In this document: piece by piece, positions 60,797 through 64,000 of the stretch | Layout: every line of letters starts with the position of its first letter | How positions within the stretch are numbered: the first letter of the stretch is position 1 | NCBI GenBank assembly: GCA_964419225.1 | Contig: CAYQPF010000010.1 | Span: 4,134 to 68,133, forward strand | From: an uncultured Candidatus Cloacimonadota bacterium | Lineage (GTDB): Bacteria > Cloacimonadota > Cloacimonadia > Cloacimonadales > CAYQPF01 | Length of the DNA stretch: 64,000 nucleotides | Direction of reading: 5' to 3' | The notes under the pieces: model-generated | The model's database searches: none | Seen by the model: only the letters and a program-made list of their open reading frames with translations | What the model was told of the DNA's origin: nothing | Made by a program: the position numbers and the translations under genes

Positions 60797-61022
60797 AGAA
60801 GGGGAATGGATTGAGGATTGAGGATTAAACCAGCAAGAAGAGACATTTTTCAGAACATTTACAATGACTAACACACACTGTGAAAGTAAGAATCTACTTC
60901 TTCCCTATTCTTTGACTACTTCTTCCTTGGTGTTCAATCACAAAGAACCTGATGATTTTAAGTTAAAAATTGACACATAAGCTCCTTAATACAAAATTGT
61001 AAATTGTTTTAGTGGAGGAAAA

Positions 61023-61391
61023 ATGTATAAAATAAATTACAGTTCCCATTTCTCGGCAGCACATCGTCTGATAGGATATGACGGGGCTTGCAGGGATTTA
61101 CACGGGCATAACTGGAAGGTACGGGTATGCCTGGGATGTGAAAATACAGATGAAATAGGCTTGACTATAGATTTTAATATCGTGAAGAAGATCTTAAATA
61201 AATTGATGGAAGAATTGGATCATAAGTATTTAAATGAATTAACAGCTTTCAGGGATTTGAATCCGACATCTGAGAATATAGCTAAGTTCATTTATCAGGA
61301 ATTTAAACAAAGAACCAATGACTTAGGTGCAGATATACTGGAAGTGGAAGTATGGGAATCGGATAAGTCATCCATCATATATTACGAGTAG
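61023..61391 (+). CDS. queD: 6-carboxy-5,6,7,8-tetrahydropterin synthase
   Basis: FSAAHRL...C..LHGHNW...E.DH..LN...ENIA... and a 122-aa size. Confidence 0.9.
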   Translation: MYKINYSSHFSAAHRLIGYDGACRDLHGHNWKVRVCLGCENTDEIGLTIDFNIVKKILNKLMEELDHKYLNELTAFRDLNPTSENIAKFIYQEFKQRTNDLGADILEVEVWESDKSSIIYYE

Positions 61392-61394
61392 AAG

Positions 61395-62009
61395 ATGATC
61401 AGTATATTAGATTCAACTTTTATTATCAGTGCAGTTAAGCCGGTTGATTATCCATCAGCAGAGTTCAGTGACATAGGATTTGTAGGCAAGTCTAATGTAG
61501 GAAAATCATCAATGATCAACACCTTGCTGAACAGGCGGATGCTGGTAAAGGTTAGTTCTACGCCTGGCAAAACAAGGTTGTTGAATTTCTTTAAGATCCG
61601 GTTCCGCAAAGAGGATGATACGAAAGAGATCGGCTATTTCAATATTGTGGATTTTCCGGGATATGGATATGCGAAGGTCAGTCATTCTGAAAGAGAATCC
61701 TGGAAGAATATGATCCACTCATATTTTATTGAAAGAGAACAATTGCGAGGTTTGGTGATATTAGTTGACATTCGTCATGATGCAGATCCCAAGGATCAGC
61801 AGTTGTTGGAGATGGTCAAGAACAGTAATATCACATATTTAGTAGTGGCAACCAAGTCAGACAAAATTCCCAAGACCAAGATACATTCATATTTAACTTC
61901 GTTAGCTTTGGGTCTTCAAATAGAGAGATCGAAGATTATTTCATTTTCTTCACTGAAGAAAACAGGAATAAAAGAATTACTTAGTTGGATAGAGAACAGA
62001 ATCATATAA
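61395..62009 (+). CDS. engB: Ribosome biogenesis GTPase YsxC/EngB
   Basis: GKSNVGKSSMINTL (G1), DFPGYGYA (G3), ATKSDK (G4). Confidence 0.93.
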   Translation: MISILDSTFIISAVKPVDYPSAEFSDIGFVGKSNVGKSSMINTLLNRRMLVKVSSTPGKTRLLNFFKIRFRKEDDTKEIGYFNIVDFPGYGYAKVSHSERESWKNMIHSYFIEREQLRGLVILVDIRHDADPKDQQLLEMVKNSNITYLVVATKSDKIPKTKIHSYLTSLALGLQIERSKIISFSSLKKTGIKELLSWIENRII

Positions 62010-62018
62010 GGAAGCAAT

Positions 62019-63881
62019 ATGCTGGAAAAAATTAAATCACCCAAAGATGTGCATAGATTAAGTTATCGGGATTTAATCCAATTAACAGAGGATATCCGCA
62101 AGAGGATAATAGAGGTCACTTCCAAAAATGGAGGACATTTAGCACCGAGTCTGGGAGCTACAGATCTATGTGTGGCTTTGTTAAAAGTATTTGATCCAAT
62201 GATCGACAGAATAATCTGGGATGTAGGGCATCAAGCGTATGCGTTTAAGATATTGACAGAGAGGAATGACCGGTTTGATACACTGAGACAATATGAAGGA
62301 ATCAGTGGTTTTAACAATATTTTTGAGAGTCCTTATGATGCATTTGGAGTAGGACACAGCAGTACTTCTATCTCATCGGCCTTGGGAATATGTGTAGCCA
62401 AGGATTATTTACGTGAACAGGGCAGAACGATTGCCATTATTGGTGACGGGGCATTGACTGGTGGAATGTCTTTTGAAGCAATCAATCATACCGGGCATTT
62501 ACAGAAGAACTTAATTGTTATCCTGAATGATAATGGGATATCTATATCCAGGAATGTAGGGGCATTGCAAAATTATCTGACTAATATGCTTACCAGTCGA
62601 TCCTACAATTTTTTAAAGAAGCAGGTTTGGGATTTGTCGGCAAGTTTACCTGAAAATATTCGCAAGAAGTTCATTTTGGGTGCCAGAAAGTTGGAAGAGA
62701 GTTTCATCAATATTCTGGTTCCCAACATAATTTTTGAGGATTTGGGATTCAAGTATGTCGGACCGATAAACGGTCATGACATACCCAGAATGGTAAGTAT
62801 CTTGCAGAAAGTAAAAACCAATATGGTAGGCCCAGTCTTGATTCATGTTGTAACACAGAAAGGCAAAGGCTGCGATTTTGCTGAGAATAAGCCGACCAAG
62901 TACCACGGAGTCAGTCCGTTTAATGAGGAGACTGGTTTAGCAAAGAGTCCGGGCAAGATCACATATTCATCACTTTTAGGCAAGAATTTAACAGAATTAG
63001 CGAAAGATAATAAGAAAATAGTAGCAATCACAGCAGCAATGAGTGAAGGCACAGGATTAACAGAATTCGAGAAGAAGTATCCGGACAGATTCTTTGATGT
63101 AGGTATAGCAGAACAGCATGCGGTTACATTTGCAGCAGGTTTGGCTAAGCAGGGATTAAAACCCATAGTAGCAATTTATTCAACTTTTATGCAGAGAGCC
63201 TTGGATCAGGTTATCCATGATGTAGCTTTGCAGAAATTACCTGTCGTATTTTGTATGGATCGTGCCGGACTGGTCGGAGAAGATGGTGCAACCCATCACG
63301 GGGCATTTGATCTGTCTTTCATGAATTTGATACCCAATATGGTAATAATGGCACCGGACAGTGCAGAAGATTTTAAGGAAATGCTTTCCTTTGCAGTTTC
63401 CTATCAGGCTGGACCTGTTGCGATAAGATACCCCCGAGGTGAAGCATTGTTTTTGAATGAGGAAGTGCCGGAAATCGAATTAGGCAAATCCAGATTACTG
63501 AAAGAAGGCAAAAAGGTTTGTATTCTGGCAGTAGGTGCCACCAGAAACCTGGCCTTTGAAGTAGCAGAAAAGCTTTCAGAATCTGTTCCAGGCTTGGAAC
63601 CTGAAATAATCGACCCTCGTTTTATCAAACCATTAGACTTAGAAATGCTGCATAGATTAGAAGGATCCATGGATCTTATAATAACGTTGGAAGAAAATGC
63701 TATTGTTGGCGGGTTTGGAAGCTCAATTAAGAATTACTTCTGCAACTCCAAAGCAAAAGTTCTGAACTTCGGTTTCCATGATAAGTTCATCCCGCATGGA
63801 AGCAATAAACAATTATTCGATTTGATCGGGTATAACTGCGAGACCATAGTAAAAGACATTTTAGCAATCTATGATAAATAA
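62019..63881 (+). CDS. dxs: 1-deoxy-D-xylulose-5-phosphate synthase
   Basis: [66 protein letters not shown]. Confidence 0.97.
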   Translation: MLEKIKSPKDVHRLSYRDLIQLTEDIRKRIIEVTSKNGGHLAPSLGATDLCVALLKVFDPMIDRIIWDVGHQAYAFKILTERNDRFDTLRQYEGISGFNNIFESPYDAFGVGHSSTSISSALGICVAKDYLREQGRTIAIIGDGALTGGMSFEAINHTGHLQKNLIVILNDNGISISRNVGALQNYLTNMLTSRSYNFLKKQVWDLSASLPENIRKKFILGARKLEESFINILVPNIIFEDLGFKYVGPINGHDIPRMVSILQKVKTNMVGPVLIHVVTQKGKGCDFAENKPTKYHGVSPFNEETGLAKSPGKITYSSLLGKNLTELAKDNKKIVAITAAMSEGTGLTEFEKKYPDRFFDVGIAEQHAVTFAAGLAKQGLKPIVAIYSTFMQRALDQVIHDVALQKLPVVFCMDRAGLVGEDGATHHGAFDLSFMNLIPNMVIMAPDSAEDFKEMLSFAVSYQAGPVAIRYPRGEALFLNEEVPEIELGKSRLLKEGKKVCILAVGATRNLAFEVAEKLSESVPGLEPEIIDPRFIKPLDLEMLHRLEGSMDLIITLEENAIVGGFGSSIKNYFCNSKAKVLNFGFHDKFIPHGSNKQLFDLIGYNCETIVKDILAIYDK

Positions 63882-64000
63882 TCAGGATACAATAGCAGCA
63901 ATTTCGACGCCCCCCGGAATGGGAGGAATTGCGGTCATCAGGATAAGCGGAAAAGAAGCTCTGGAGATTGTTTCCGGAGTGATCAAGCCTTATCGTGATC
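63871..64000 (+). CDS. mnmE: tRNA modification GTPase MnmE, 5' end (runs off the window)
   Basis: ATG at 63871 overlaps the dxs stop by 11 nt. Translation [34 protein letters not shown] is a typical MnmE N-terminus. Confidence 0.85.
   Translation, partial: MINNQDTIAAISTPPGMGGIAVIRISGKEALEIVSGVIKPYRD

Noticed and set aside
60797-61022. Looked for a preQ1 riboswitch upstream of queD, and for a TPP riboswitch near the thiamine pyrophosphokinase operon
   Set aside because: No match to the conserved preQ1-I core (AGAGGTTC...CCCTCTATAAAAAACTAA type) or to the TPP CTGAGA/ACCTGA core. The queD leader is occupied by word repeats.

Overview
AT-rich bacterial chromosomal window with about 60 protein genes and no rRNA, tRNA, CRISPR array, transposase or integrase that I can see.

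Content in order:
- A small accessory patch: truncated DUF1016, two tandem paralogous unknowns, an orphan radical-SAM/SPASM enzyme, a GxxExxY protein and a secreted DRGH nuclease.
- A minus-strand housekeeping operon (DUF1385-prfA-CNNM-ligA) plus rpmE.
- A 1027-aa GNAT fusion protein.
- A late flagellar cluster: flgI, flgJ (SLT fusion), flgN-like, flgK, csrA, flgL, fliW.
- Large secreted proteins, three of which share one T9SS-type C-terminal sorting domain.
- A polar amino-acid ABC transporter.
- gmhA-EamA-gpsA-like, then rhaD-like/gpsA/thiamine pyrophosphokinase, then nadC.
- An AbiE-like toxin-antitoxin pair.
- An expanded rpsU...dnaG-rpoD region, then queD-engB-dxs-mnmE.

The gene content suggests a flagellated diderm of the FCB-superphylum type (Cloacimonadota-like). 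That assignment is inference only.

The most unusual signal is non-coding. Ten intergenic gaps longer than 300 bp (about 5 kb together) are filled with a mosaic of degenerate 7-10 nt tandem 'word' arrays, short perfect hairpins and MITE-like inverted-repeat units. Some of these bracket the GxxExxY gene and the AbiE-like pair. One supplies the last codons of the toxin gene.

I cannot identify a clear new multi-gene system with recognisable hallmarks. The best candidates for follow-up are:
- the repeat-element family and its small cargo genes;
- the tandem paralog pair next to the orphan SPASM radical-SAM enzyme;
- the TPR protein that carries a histidine-kinase phosphoacceptor domain but no ATPase domain;
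- the giant GNAT fusion.

All family calls come from motif recognition by eye. No searches were run.
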